This document shows positions 10,033-18,815 of a stretch of 64,000 nt of DNA, one piece after another. The DNA is taken from assembly GCA_964400735.1 (NCBI GenBank), contig CAYNVQ010000004.1, positions 315,042 to 379,041 of the forward strand, given 5' to 3'. The notes below the pieces were generated by a model. The model did no database searches. It had not been told where the DNA came from and saw only the letters and a list, made by a program, of their open reading frames with translations. Source of the stretch: an uncultured Eubacteriales bacterium (GTDB lineage: Bacteria; Acidobacteriota; Aminicenantia; Aminicenantales; Aminicenantaceae). The first letter of the stretch is position 1. Every line of letters starts with the position of its first letter. A program made the position numbers and the translations under genes.

Positions 10033-10613
10033 AAAAAACCTGTGTTATGGTCTTGCTTATCCTATTCTTAGGGGGATGTATGTCATCACCCGCTCGAAAA
10101 TATTATCAGCTCCATTTGGCAGGGGAAGAGGTGACGATCTCAAAGACAATAGACAAGGCCGTTTTGGTTGAGCCCATCGATATAGATGACCTTTATGATG
10201 ATTATAGGATTGTTTACAGGCTTTCTCCCTTCGAACTCAATTACTATTCCTATGAGTTTTGGGCGGATAAGCCAGCAAAGCTCATACGAGATTCCATCAC
10301 TCACTATCTTATGAAAAAGAACGTCTTCCAAAAAGTGACTCAGGAAATCTCAAGGGGAGATCCGGATATCCTGTGGAAATCGAAGGTCCATTCCATCGAA
10401 GAAATAGATAACCCGGATTTTTGGTATGCCCGTCTGGCCATGGAGGCGGAGCTCGTGGATTTTAAATCGAAGGAGAGACTTTATTTCTATCAGTTTGACA
10501 GACAAGAAAAATTGCCAGCAAAAAGTATTGCGATGGTTCCGGTCATCCTTTCCAAAATCCTGGAAGAGGAATTGGAAGTGATCATCGGAGATATTTCAAA
10601 GAGAATGAAATAA
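10029..10613 (+). CDS. ABC-type transport auxiliary lipoprotein (PqiC/YmbA-like)
   Basis: Its start overlaps the mlaD stop by ATGA. A lipobox is present (LFLGGC). The size and position match the auxiliary lipoprotein component of MCE transporters. Confidence 0.7.
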   Translation: MKKTCVMVLLILFLGGCMSSPARKYYQLHLAGEEVTISKTIDKAVLVEPIDIDDLYDDYRIVYRLSPFELNYYSYEFWADKPAKLIRDSITHYLMKKNVFQKVTQEISRGDPDILWKSKVHSIEEIDNPDFWYARLAMEAELVDFKSKERLYFYQFDRQEKLPAKSIAMVPVILSKILEEELEVIIGDISKRMK

Positions 10614-10628
10614 TTCAGGTCAGAAGAT

Positions 10629-11204
10629 TTATTGTTTTTTGATCCATTCCCCTTCATCTTTTTGGATCCACCAGCCTGGGCGGCTGTTTTCAATCCAGCT
10701 CTTTGCGAATATTTTCTGTATCCTAGGGATCTGGCTTGCTTCGATGTTAAGGGCTTTGGCAACCTCTGCATACAGGCTTTCCCTGTCGCTGTTCACTTCT
10801 TTTGTCAAGCGTCTCAAGTCTGCTTTATCCTTAAGAGAAAGGTTATCCTCGCTGCGGATCTGGATAAATCCATCGTTGGCTTCTCCGATATTTCCTTGGT
10901 CGAAAAAAGGATGGAGGAGAGGCTCTTTGTCTTTAAGGGCTTGCTTCAGCGCGCGTATCTTCGGAGTGGAGACTGTTTCCTCCTGTTGAGCATAAATGGC
11001 AGGAATAAATGAGAAGGAAGATTGAACCAAGTCCTTTTCTTGCTTTTTTTTCCCTTCCTCCTCGGATTTCCTCACTTCATCCACGATTTCTTCCGCTGTT
11101 TTTTGTACCGTCGCCTCGGGAAAATAGATGTTTATTGTTACACAGGCAATGGTCCAGACAAACAGGGAAATAACGATTGCGAAAACAGGCGGAATTTTTT
11201 GCAT
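10629..11204 (-). CDS. YdbL (DUF1318) homologue with an N-terminal lipoprotein segment resembling YnbE
   Basis: I place the start at ATG 11204, after a GGGAGAG RBS. A signal peptide and lipobox are present (VWTIAC). The C-terminal half matches YdbL: GNIGEANDGF, SDRESLYAEVAK, and RPGWWIQKDEGEWIKK versus E. coli PGEYVQGINGKWVRK. Confidence 0.6.
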   Translation of the reverse strand: MQKIPPVFAIVISLFVWTIACVTINIYFPEATVQKTAEEIVDEVRKSEEEGKKKQEKDLVQSSFSFIPAIYAQQEETVSTPKIRALKQALKDKEPLLHPFFDQGNIGEANDGFIQIRSEDNLSLKDKADLRRLTKEVNSDRESLYAEVAKALNIEASQIPRIQKIFAKSWIENSRPGWWIQKDEGEWIKKQ

Positions 11205-11268
11205 GGCTCTCTCCCTTTCGATGCTTGTTTTACTCATTCCCATAGTATAGCAAAATCATCGATTCCGG

Positions 11269-14200
11269 TCATGGGGATTGTTTAGATTGGCCTATTCTTT
11301 TGAGTCGATTCAACATATCTTTGAACTGGATTTGATTCCGGGCCTGCTTGTTCACTACGTTGATGGCGAACAAACCCGATCCCTTGACAAGATATTCGAC
11401 TCCTTTTTTCCTTATAGTTCCCTGGAGAGAGAAGATGTCATTTTTCAGCGAGCATGCGATCCCAATTTTGTTGTACCGGAAGTCTTTGACGAATCGAGTC
11501 CACCCGCTTTGGGGCGAAAAAGGCGTTTTTTCGCCTGTGCCGAGAATGGCAAGATCGTTGGTGGCCTTCAGACTGAATCTTTGGGGAATACCTTTTCTTC
11601 TTTCTGATTCGATATGGATGTTGAAGCGTTCGGGCTGTCCATAGGATAGGGAGAGACCTTGGATTTCCCCGTTTATGATGCCAGTCACTCGGCCGAAAGG
11701 TATGGCATCCGTGATTTTTTCCAAGTCTAATCCTGATAGTTTTACATCACAGGAAATTGTTCTATTTTTGGAGAGTGGTTGTTCCACTTGGATATTTTTA
11801 ATGGTAATATTTCCCCCATAGGCATTGGCTTGGGCTTGGCCTTCTGTGTAGACATGGTCGAGCGAGATTGTGACCCGGGGAAGCTCCAATGCTAACGTTC
11901 CTTTTAAGCGGAAATCCTGTGATGAAAACGGAAGGCGAGAAAGATCTCCATCCTTCCAGGAAAATGAGGTTTGAGCTTTAATCTTCAGGGGATTGAATCC
12001 GTACTCGATTGAAATCCCTCCTACCTCGGCATTCTGGCCGAATATCTCCAGCTCAAAAGGTTCGATCGAGTAACCGTTCCTTTGGCTTTTGATATCCAGC
12101 ATCAGGGAAGAAAGGTCCAGAGATGCGGTGTGAATTCTTTGAAAATTCAGGAATCCTTTTCCCTGAGAAGAGGAGTCATCTTCGGTGTGTTTGGAATTTT
12201 GCTCAAAATTCACCGGAAGATGTGCCTCTATTCCTTGAAGCGAAAGGTTCTTTTCATCGCTGGCCAATGATGCATCCTTTATGCTAAAGAAACCAATAGC
12301 GGAAAAAGCGTTTTTGTCGGTTTTCACCTCGATTTGACCCTCCGCCCTCCCTTTTATCTCCATCTGGGTCTGACTAGCTGCTCCTCTCTGATTGAAAAAT
12401 GAAAACACGGGGGCCAGTTGAATGGCCGAGGCAATGACATTTAGATCAGCGGTAGGAGGATCGTGCAGATCGAGCTCTCCTTCGGCAGTTATTCTGCCGT
12501 ATTCTGGTATGATCCCTTCCAGGGAGATATCTGCCAGCTTTTTACGAGGCAGCTGGTAGTGGCCGCTGAGGGTGACACGAAGTGGCATTTGGCTCCAATC
12601 CATATAGAAGTCCTTCCAGAGCGATTCCCCCTGGAAAAGTTCTATCTTCGCTGCAAACGGGATATCGTTGAAAGTACGGTCAAAAGTTCCCTCCAGAGTC
12701 AGGTTAGGTTGGAGAGATTCTCCGGCCACCGTATAGGAGGGGGCGTGGAAGCTTACATCGGATGCTTCCAATTCCGCCGACACCTCCCATATCTTTTGTT
12801 TGTTTCGGAAAGAATCATGGGCCTCAATTTGAATATTCAACCGTCCATCCGGTTCCCAATCATTGATCGTTGGAGGGATGGCGAAAGAGAAAAAGTCTTT
12901 CAGGGACTGGAAGCTAATCCCTGAACCTCGCACCGAAAATGAACTGGAATCTTGAGGGGAGAGGCCAGCTTGAGCTTCCACCTCGAACGGTGGAAAAGGA
13001 TGCAGTTCAATATTCGCTCGAGAGATCTGGATCCTTCTTTTTTTGAGGTCGATGAATCCCTCCCCCATAAGTTGAGGAGAGTCTGTTTTCAATTTTGCGT
13101 TTGGAATATCAAGGTTTAGATGGGCCGCACCGGCTTTTAAGCTCGTGATCTTGATTTTGGAATTTTTATGGTCATAAACAAAAGGGATATCCATACCTAT
13201 TCCAACCGCCTCCAGAATTTTTCCCGTCAATGAGCTTTTGGTCATCCTGGCGTGTCCAGAAATGTTTGGATTGTCCGGGAACTTGTCGATTTTGAAATTT
13301 CCTGAGACATGACTATCGAGCTGCCATTCTGGAGTGCGGTATTTGACAAGTGAAGGGTTCAAAGTCACTAAGCCATGAATACTGGCTTTCGATTCTGGAT
13401 GAGCTGGCGATATTCTCGCTTCTCCCTCAAAAAGAGCGCTGCCCTTTAGGACCAGCCCCTCGAACTGTTTGGAAAGATGCTTTTTGGCCAGGAGAAAAAA
13501 TCGGCTCAGGTCATCAATTCTGATATTGGGACGAAAGAGAAGGGTTATGTCCTCTTGGCCTAGGATGCTAAGGGAAGCTGTGAGGTCGACAAAGGAGGGG
13601 ATTTCGATTTCTAGAGAGGGGAAGACGAATTCATTTTTATCCGCACTGAATTCCCCATCAAAATTTAAATTGATTTCCTCGAATAATTCTTCCTTTTCAG
13701 CATAAACCAGACGATTTGAGGTGAAAACAAATCTTCCCTCTATGGTGGGCTTTTCCTTGAGGCATAAGGTTCCGAATCCTCGAATCATGTTTTGGAATCT
13801 ATTTGTCGGAGGCTGGCCAATTCCCTCTGCATTCTGGCAAAGAAGGGTATAAGAGAAGCATTCTTGAGATTCAGAAGGAGAAAGAGAGAGGTTAAGTCCT
13901 TGAAGAATCAGTTTTTGATTGGAAAAGACGAACTCTAAAGAAGAGTTTTTGAGGCCGATTTTTCTGATATAGCTCATTCCTGAAGAAAAACGACGGAGGA
14001 TGTCTTCGATCATGATTTTCTTTTTGGCTTTCTTGATGTGGGAAATAATCCGGACGCCTTCAGCCTCGATTGTCTCGAAATAAGGTTTCACTTTTTTCCG
14101 AATGCGGTGGATATCGCCTTTGAAGACAAGTCTCTGGATGAAAACCTCCGCTTCTGTATCGTCCAGCATTGTTGAAAACTTGATAGTGCCTGCTTCGATC

Positions 14201-14397
14201 CTCAGCGGAAACAGTTCATAATCCAGGCTTCCTATGGTGATATGAATTCCAGTCCTCTTTTCGATTTGTTTCTCTAGGATTCCTTTGACGAACGGCTTGT
14301 TGTAGAAAAACAGCAGAGAAGCGATGGCAACGACCAAAAGGAAAAGCAACAAGATACTTCCCAAAATGAGGAGGACCTTTTTCAGTTTCTTTTTCAT
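11269..14397 (-). CDS. YdbH-like AsmA-family intermembrane lipid-transport protein (about 1040 aa)
   Basis: I place the start at ATG 14397 (MKKKLKKVLLILGSILLLFLLVV, a single N-terminal TM anchor). The body is long and beta-rich. The C-terminal GRVTGIINGEIQGLSL ... YNKIGIACSLKNDIFSLQG block resembles the YdbH C-terminal domain. A ydbL homologue lies immediately downstream. Confidence 0.65.
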   Translation of the reverse strand: MKKKLKKVLLILGSILLLFLLVVAIASLLFFYNKPFVKGILEKQIEKRTGIHITIGSLDYELFPLRIEAGTIKFSTMLDDTEAEVFIQRLVFKGDIHRIRKKVKPYFETIEAEGVRIISHIKKAKKKIMIEDILRRFSSGMSYIRKIGLKNSSLEFVFSNQKLILQGLNLSLSPSESQECFSYTLLCQNAEGIGQPPTNRFQNMIRGFGTLCLKEKPTIEGRFVFTSNRLVYAEKEELFEEINLNFDGEFSADKNEFVFPSLEIEIPSFVDLTASLSILGQEDITLLFRPNIRIDDLSRFFLLAKKHLSKQFEGLVLKGSALFEGEARISPAHPESKASIHGLVTLNPSLVKYRTPEWQLDSHVSGNFKIDKFPDNPNISGHARMTKSSLTGKILEAVGIGMDIPFVYDHKNSKIKITSLKAGAAHLNLDIPNAKLKTDSPQLMGEGFIDLKKRRIQISRANIELHPFPPFEVEAQAGLSPQDSSSFSVRGSGISFQSLKDFFSFAIPPTINDWEPDGRLNIQIEAHDSFRNKQKIWEVSAELEASDVSFHAPSYTVAGESLQPNLTLEGTFDRTFNDIPFAAKIELFQGESLWKDFYMDWSQMPLRVTLSGHYQLPRKKLADISLEGIIPEYGRITAEGELDLHDPPTADLNVIASAIQLAPVFSFFNQRGAASQTQMEIKGRAEGQIEVKTDKNAFSAIGFFSIKDASLASDEKNLSLQGIEAHLPVNFEQNSKHTEDDSSSQGKGFLNFQRIHTASLDLSSLMLDIKSQRNGYSIEPFELEIFGQNAEVGGISIEYGFNPLKIKAQTSFSWKDGDLSRLPFSSQDFRLKGTLALELPRVTISLDHVYTEGQAQANAYGGNITIKNIQVEQPLSKNRTISCDVKLSGLDLEKITDAIPFGRVTGIINGEIQGLSLSYGQPERFNIHIESERRKGIPQRFSLKATNDLAILGTGEKTPFSPQSGWTRFVKDFRYNKIGIACSLKNDIFSLQGTIRKKGVEYLVKGSGLFAINVVNKQARNQIQFKDMLNRLKRIGQSKQSP

Positions 14398-14444
14398 ATG
14401 AAATGATTTGACGGCCATTTTTTTTGTATGAGCGCCTAATTCGC

Positions 14445-14765
14445 TTATACCAGAACAGAAACGGACTTTCCAATAGCCAATTTTTTTTCGATGAAAAGAC
14501 CTGCATGGGTTCCCGTTGCGAATCCGGCTTGGCAGGCCAGATAACAAACGACGTTATTGAGATTTCGCATCACCACTCTGATGGCCAGCAGCCAGATGAT
14601 GACCTCGAAGAAACCCGCCAGTGGGGCCAGATATTTAAGCCCCCTGGAAACGAAAACGATCCTCATCGTTCCCAAAGATACAACCAGGATCCTGGCTAAA
14701 AAAATCAAAAGCGGATGGATAACCCAAATGAATATACTGTGGCCGATTAGAGACTCCATATTCAT
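14445..14765 (-). CDS. UPF0316-family membrane domain (DUF5698-like) lacking the usual C-terminal DUF2179 domain
   Basis: LARILVVSLGTMRIVFVSRG and GLFIEKKLAIG match the UPF0316 (YebE-like) membrane part. The ORF stops right after the point where the soluble domain normally begins. Confidence 0.5.
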   Translation of the reverse strand: MNMESLIGHSIFIWVIHPLLIFLARILVVSLGTMRIVFVSRGLKYLAPLAGFFEVIIWLLAIRVVMRNLNNVVCYLACQAGFATGTHAGLFIEKKLAIGKSVSVLV

Positions 14766-14953
14766 GTTACCCGATTCCTGCTTGTCGGCTATTTACCGAT
14801 GCTTCGAGGACCACTTCATCGCTCTTCCTTTTATGCTCGGTTGAGAGAGTTAATCTTGGCCATTGAATTGCCCAGGCCAGTTGATACCATGATTTTATGC
14901 GACAGAATAAAGAAATTCAACGGCTATAGGACTAGATATTCTTCAAGGCTATC

Positions 14954-15430
14954 TCAAAGAAAAATCAAAGCCAAAACATCAGCCACCAGCGCAGGTTTCG
15001 TCTCACCCTCAATCTCTATTGCGTTCTCCAATGTGACAAGAATTTTTCCCTTCCCCTTATCGGATGCCTCTTTGAGAATGACTCGATTCCGTATTCGGGA
15101 GCCTCTTTTAACAGGGGTCAGAAACCTGACCCTGTCCAGGCCGACGTTGGTAACCATCTTAATTCCCTTTTGGAAGAGCTCGATTTGAGAAGCAAGATGG
15201 ACCAAAAGGGATAGTATTAAAAAGCCGTGAGCGATGGTGGTGCCGTAAGGTCCATGCTTGGCTTTTTCAGGGTCGATGTGGATCCATTGCCTGTCTTCCG
15301 TGCATTCGGCGAATGCATCGATTCTTTCCTGGCTGATTTCCATCCAGTCCGACAATCCTATCTCTTTTCCCCAGTATTCTTTGAGTTTCTCGAAGGTCAA
15401 TTTCTCTGTCATGTTATTCCTCACTGCCAT
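14954..15430 (-). CDS. MaoC-like (R)-specific enoyl-CoA hydratase / hot-dog fold dehydratase
   Basis: FAECTEDRQWIHIDPEKAKHGPYGTTIAHGFLILSL is the MaoC dehydratase motif. Confidence 0.85.
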   Translation of the reverse strand: MAVRNNMTEKLTFEKLKEYWGKEIGLSDWMEISQERIDAFAECTEDRQWIHIDPEKAKHGPYGTTIAHGFLILSLLVHLASQIELFQKGIKMVTNVGLDRVRFLTPVKRGSRIRNRVILKEASDKGKGKILVTLENAIEIEGETKPALVADVLALIFL

Positions 15431-15543
15431 ACTGTTTCCTTATTTTCTGTCAAAAAGGATATAATTTAATCCCCAAATTCGTCAAGTGAATCGAGAAAAG
15501 CCAGGATGTCTTGACTTTCAATTTTAGCTGCAATATTTTTGAT

Positions 15544-15801
15544 ATGGAAAGAAAAAATGGTTTGTCTAAACACTATGTAAACAAAGTAAATTTTTGCGGT
15601 TCAGATGAATATGATTCTAGGATTCGATATCGGAGCCATACATCCCGGTGGATCCATCTCGATAATCTCTCTGCTCCTGATGAGGAAGCGGAAATCCTCG
15701 ATTTCTATCTGAATGAGGAAGGCACCAAATTGGAGGCCTTTGTCTATCAAGTGAACAAATTTGCTAAGAAGAAAAAAATACAAAATCTTGCGGAGGTTTG
15801 A
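15544..15801 (+). CDS. hypothetical small protein (weak call)
   Basis: The ORF stop (TGA, 15799-15801) directly abuts the ATG of the next gene at 15802. I recognise no homology and see no clear RBS. Confidence 0.25.
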   Translation: MERKNGLSKHYVNKVNFCGSDEYDSRIRYRSHTSRWIHLDNLSAPDEEAEILDFYLNEEGTKLEAFVYQVNKFAKKKKIQNLAEV

Positions 15802-18744
15802 ATGGAAAATCGAAGGGCCAAAACCCGATCGGGCCTTGGGCTGAAAATATCCCTCCTTTGTGTTTTGCTGTGGATTGGATTGAATGCTCAGGCTGGGAAA
15901 GATCATACGTTCAGAGATTTCGAGTGGCGAAACATCGGCCCGGCCAACATGAGTGGAAGGGTGACCGACATCCAGGCTTTGGACGATGACTTCCGGTATG
16001 TACTAGTGGCTTCTGCCTCGGGCGGTGTTTGGAAATCCACCAACGCCGGAACCACCTGGGAGTCCATTTTCGATGAATACGGTTCGGCTTCGATCGGGGC
16101 TCTTGCCATCTATCAAAAAAATCCAGATATCATTTGGGTCGGTACCGGGGAGGCCAACGTCCGGAACAGTGTGGGCTGGGGGGATGGTGTGTACAAATCC
16201 ATAGATGGCGGAAAAACCTTCACCAGAATGGGGCTGGAACACTCTCATCATATCGCCCGAATCGCCCTCCATCCCGAGGACCCGGAGATTGTTTACGTGG
16301 CGGCTCAAGGACATCTTTGGGGTTATTCCGGACAAAGAGGTCTGTACAAGAGCACGGATGGGGGGGCGACCTGGGTGAAATTGTCCAATGGACTGCCGGA
16401 TGACGGAAAGACAGGATGCACAGAAATCAAAATGGACCCGATCGATCCAGAGGTTCTATACGCCGCATTTTGGCAAAGATTGAGAAGACCTTACAGGTTC
16501 GACAGCGGCGGACCCAACAGCAGGTTGTTTAAATCCACTGACGGAGGGAAGTCCTGGCGAAAATTGACCAAAGGCCTTCCTGAGGGGGACATCGGCCGCA
16601 TCGGAGTGGACATCTACAGGAAAAATCCCGAGATCATCATGGCCATCGTGGAGCATGGATTTCAGCCCAGACCCAGAAGCAAGGATTACGAAGATATGAA
16701 CAAGCTTGGTTCAGGGGTCTATCGTTCGGAGGATGGAGGCGAGACCTGGATGTATGTGAACAGGTACAACAGCCGCCCTTTTTACTACAGCCAAATTTAT
16801 ATCAATCCCCAGGATGACCAACGGGTATATGCCATGGGGACACAGGCCCAGGTCTCCGAAGATGGAGGCAGGACGTTCCAGTCCGGGATGCCCGGGATCG
16901 CCGGAGATTTTCATGTAATGTGGCTGGACCCCCGCAACAAGGACCGCTACTATGTGGGAAATGACAAGGGTGTTTCTATCACTCATGATCACGGAGGATA
17001 TTTCAATTTCTTCGACAATTACGCCATCAGCCAGGTCTATGCCGTGTCCGCTGACAGGAGGGACCCGTACAATGTTTATGTCGGCCTTCAGGACAACGGC
17101 ATATGGGGAGGCCCCAGCAACAGCCGGGATTACAATGGCATTCTCAACGACCATTGGTTCAAATTCCACAGCGGTGATGGATTCTACACGGCGGTGGATC
17201 CTATGGACTGGACCACGGTGTATTCGGAAAGTCAGGGAGGAAGGATCAGGAGAAACCATGCTCTTTTTCGGCAGAAATCCGTCTCTATAACGCCTTCGCG
17301 GACCAATACCGTCAACTGGGAGGACGTGGTGCCCAAACAGACCGATCCCAAACGTCCCGTGGTTCGAATGAACTGGAACACGCCGTTCATCCTCTCCCAT
17401 CATAATCCCTATACCCTTTATTACGGTGCCAATTTTCTTTTCAAGAGCGCCGACCGGGGGGATCATTGGAAAATTATCAGCCCGGATCTTACCACCAACG
17501 ACCCCGACAAAACCTTGAGGGAGAGCGGAGGATTGACTCCGGATGTTACCGGTGCCGAGACCCATTGCACCATCGTCACCATCTCCGAATCTCCCATAAT
17601 ACCGGGGTTGATCTGGATCGGTACCGATGATGGAAACATCCATCTCACGATGGACGATGGCGTCTCCTGGATTACTGTCAGAGAGAATATCTCCGGCGTT
17701 CCGGAAGCTACCTGGGTGAGCCGGGTGGAAGCTTCTCATTTCGACAAGGGGATTTGCTATGTGACCTTCGATGGACACCGCAATGATGATTTCCGGCCTT
17801 ATGTGTACAAAACCAAGGACTTCGGGAAAACATGGGAAAACATCACCAATAGCCTTCCGGATGGACAGAGCTTCTATGTCATTCGAGAGGACTTGAAGAA
17901 TAAAAATTTATTGTTTGTGGGTAGCGAGTTCGGCCTTTTTGTTTCGATAGACGGAGGAAAGTCATGGACGAGACTGATGAACGGGCTGCCAACGGTAGCT
18001 GTACATGACCTTCTGATTCATCCTCTGAGCAGTGATTTGATCGCTGGGACGCATGGACGGGGAGTTTGGATTCTGGATGACATATCGCCATTGCAGCAAT
18101 TGACCGATGAAGTGAAAGCCCAAGACGCATACCTTTTTGAAAATCCCGTCGCTACGAAGTGGGAGGGGGTAAGCCGGGGAGCGACACGGGGGCACCAGCT
18201 CTTCAGGGGTCGAAATCCTCTCTCCATGTCCCAAGTCGATCCATCGAATTCTCCAACCCCGATTCAAAACTCAGCGAACATCAACTATTATATCAAGGAA
18301 GAGAGCCAGGAGGAATTCCAGCTTGAAATATCTTCTCTAGAGCTTCCTTTGCAAAGAGTCGTCCGCCTTGACGGTTCTCCTGGTATCAAAAGGTACAGAT
18401 GGGACATGTACTTCGAGCCTTCCTCAAAACAGGTGGAGGCCTTTGTGCAACGATTGGAAAAACTATTTATAGAGCTGAAAAAGATTGTTGAAGCCGATCA
18501 GAAAAAGCTTCTGGACCAGCTTTATAAGGAATTCGAAAAGGCACAGACCATAGATGAATACAACGAGATCAGACAAAAGATCATGGATGAATTCAGAATT
18601 TTCGCTCGGGGAAGAGGCTTTTTCCTCCCGCCTCTTCGAGGACCGGAGGCGAGGGCCGGTATATATATGCTGGAATTGAGTCATGGAGGAGAAGTCATTT
18701 CCGGTCTGCTGACCATAAGGGATGATCCGATGCTGAAAAAATAA
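15802..18744 (+). CDS. exported BNR/Asp-box repeat protein (sortilin/VPS10-like double beta-propeller)
   Basis: A signal peptide is present. Asp-box motifs recur: SGGVWKSTNAGTTW, YKSIDGGKTF, YKSTDGGATW, FKSTDGGKSW, YRSEDGGETW, SEDGGRTF, SIDGGKSW. Confidence 0.85.
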   Translation: MENRRAKTRSGLGLKISLLCVLLWIGLNAQAGKDHTFRDFEWRNIGPANMSGRVTDIQALDDDFRYVLVASASGGVWKSTNAGTTWESIFDEYGSASIGALAIYQKNPDIIWVGTGEANVRNSVGWGDGVYKSIDGGKTFTRMGLEHSHHIARIALHPEDPEIVYVAAQGHLWGYSGQRGLYKSTDGGATWVKLSNGLPDDGKTGCTEIKMDPIDPEVLYAAFWQRLRRPYRFDSGGPNSRLFKSTDGGKSWRKLTKGLPEGDIGRIGVDIYRKNPEIIMAIVEHGFQPRPRSKDYEDMNKLGSGVYRSEDGGETWMYVNRYNSRPFYYSQIYINPQDDQRVYAMGTQAQVSEDGGRTFQSGMPGIAGDFHVMWLDPRNKDRYYVGNDKGVSITHDHGGYFNFFDNYAISQVYAVSADRRDPYNVYVGLQDNGIWGGPSNSRDYNGILNDHWFKFHSGDGFYTAVDPMDWTTVYSESQGGRIRRNHALFRQKSVSITPSRTNTVNWEDVVPKQTDPKRPVVRMNWNTPFILSHHNPYTLYYGANFLFKSADRGDHWKIISPDLTTNDPDKTLRESGGLTPDVTGAETHCTIVTISESPIIPGLIWIGTDDGNIHLTMDDGVSWITVRENISGVPEATWVSRVEASHFDKGICYVTFDGHRNDDFRPYVYKTKDFGKTWENITNSLPDGQSFYVIREDLKNKNLLFVGSEFGLFVSIDGGKSWTRLMNGLPTVAVHDLLIHPLSSDLIAGTHGRGVWILDDISPLQQLTDEVKAQDAYLFENPVATKWEGVSRGATRGHQLFRGRNPLSMSQVDPSNSPTPIQNSANINYYIKEESQEEFQLEISSLELPLQRVVRLDGSPGIKRYRWDMYFEPSSKQVEAFVQRLEKLFIELKKIVEADQKKLLDQLYKEFEKAQTIDEYNEIRQKIMDEFRIFARGRGFFLPPLRGPEARAGIYMLELSHGGEVISGLLTIRDDPMLKK

Positions 18745-18815
18745 GGCGCGTCTCCAATTCAACGGGCTTTGACATCGTGCAGGTTGTGTGCTATTGATTT
18801 AATGGGAAGGATAAA

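Noticed and set aside
16711-17778. A 355-aa ORF antisense to the BNR-repeat gene. Similar long antisense or alternate-frame ORFs occur at 6187-7143, 34055-35095, 37156-37875, 21042-21764, 60335-60922 and elsewhere.
   Set aside because: Each lies entirely inside a gene with strong family signatures. Their translations are low-complexity or Arg/Gly/Pro-rich and carry no motifs or RBS. These are typical shadow ORFs.
18769-18797. TTGACA-N17-TATTGA (with TGc extended -10) upstream of the first VWA-like gene.
   Set aside because: The hexamers are plausible. However, the predicted TSS would fall within or right at the RBS (GGGAAGG, 18804-18810), leaving almost no leader, so the support is too weak to list as a feature.
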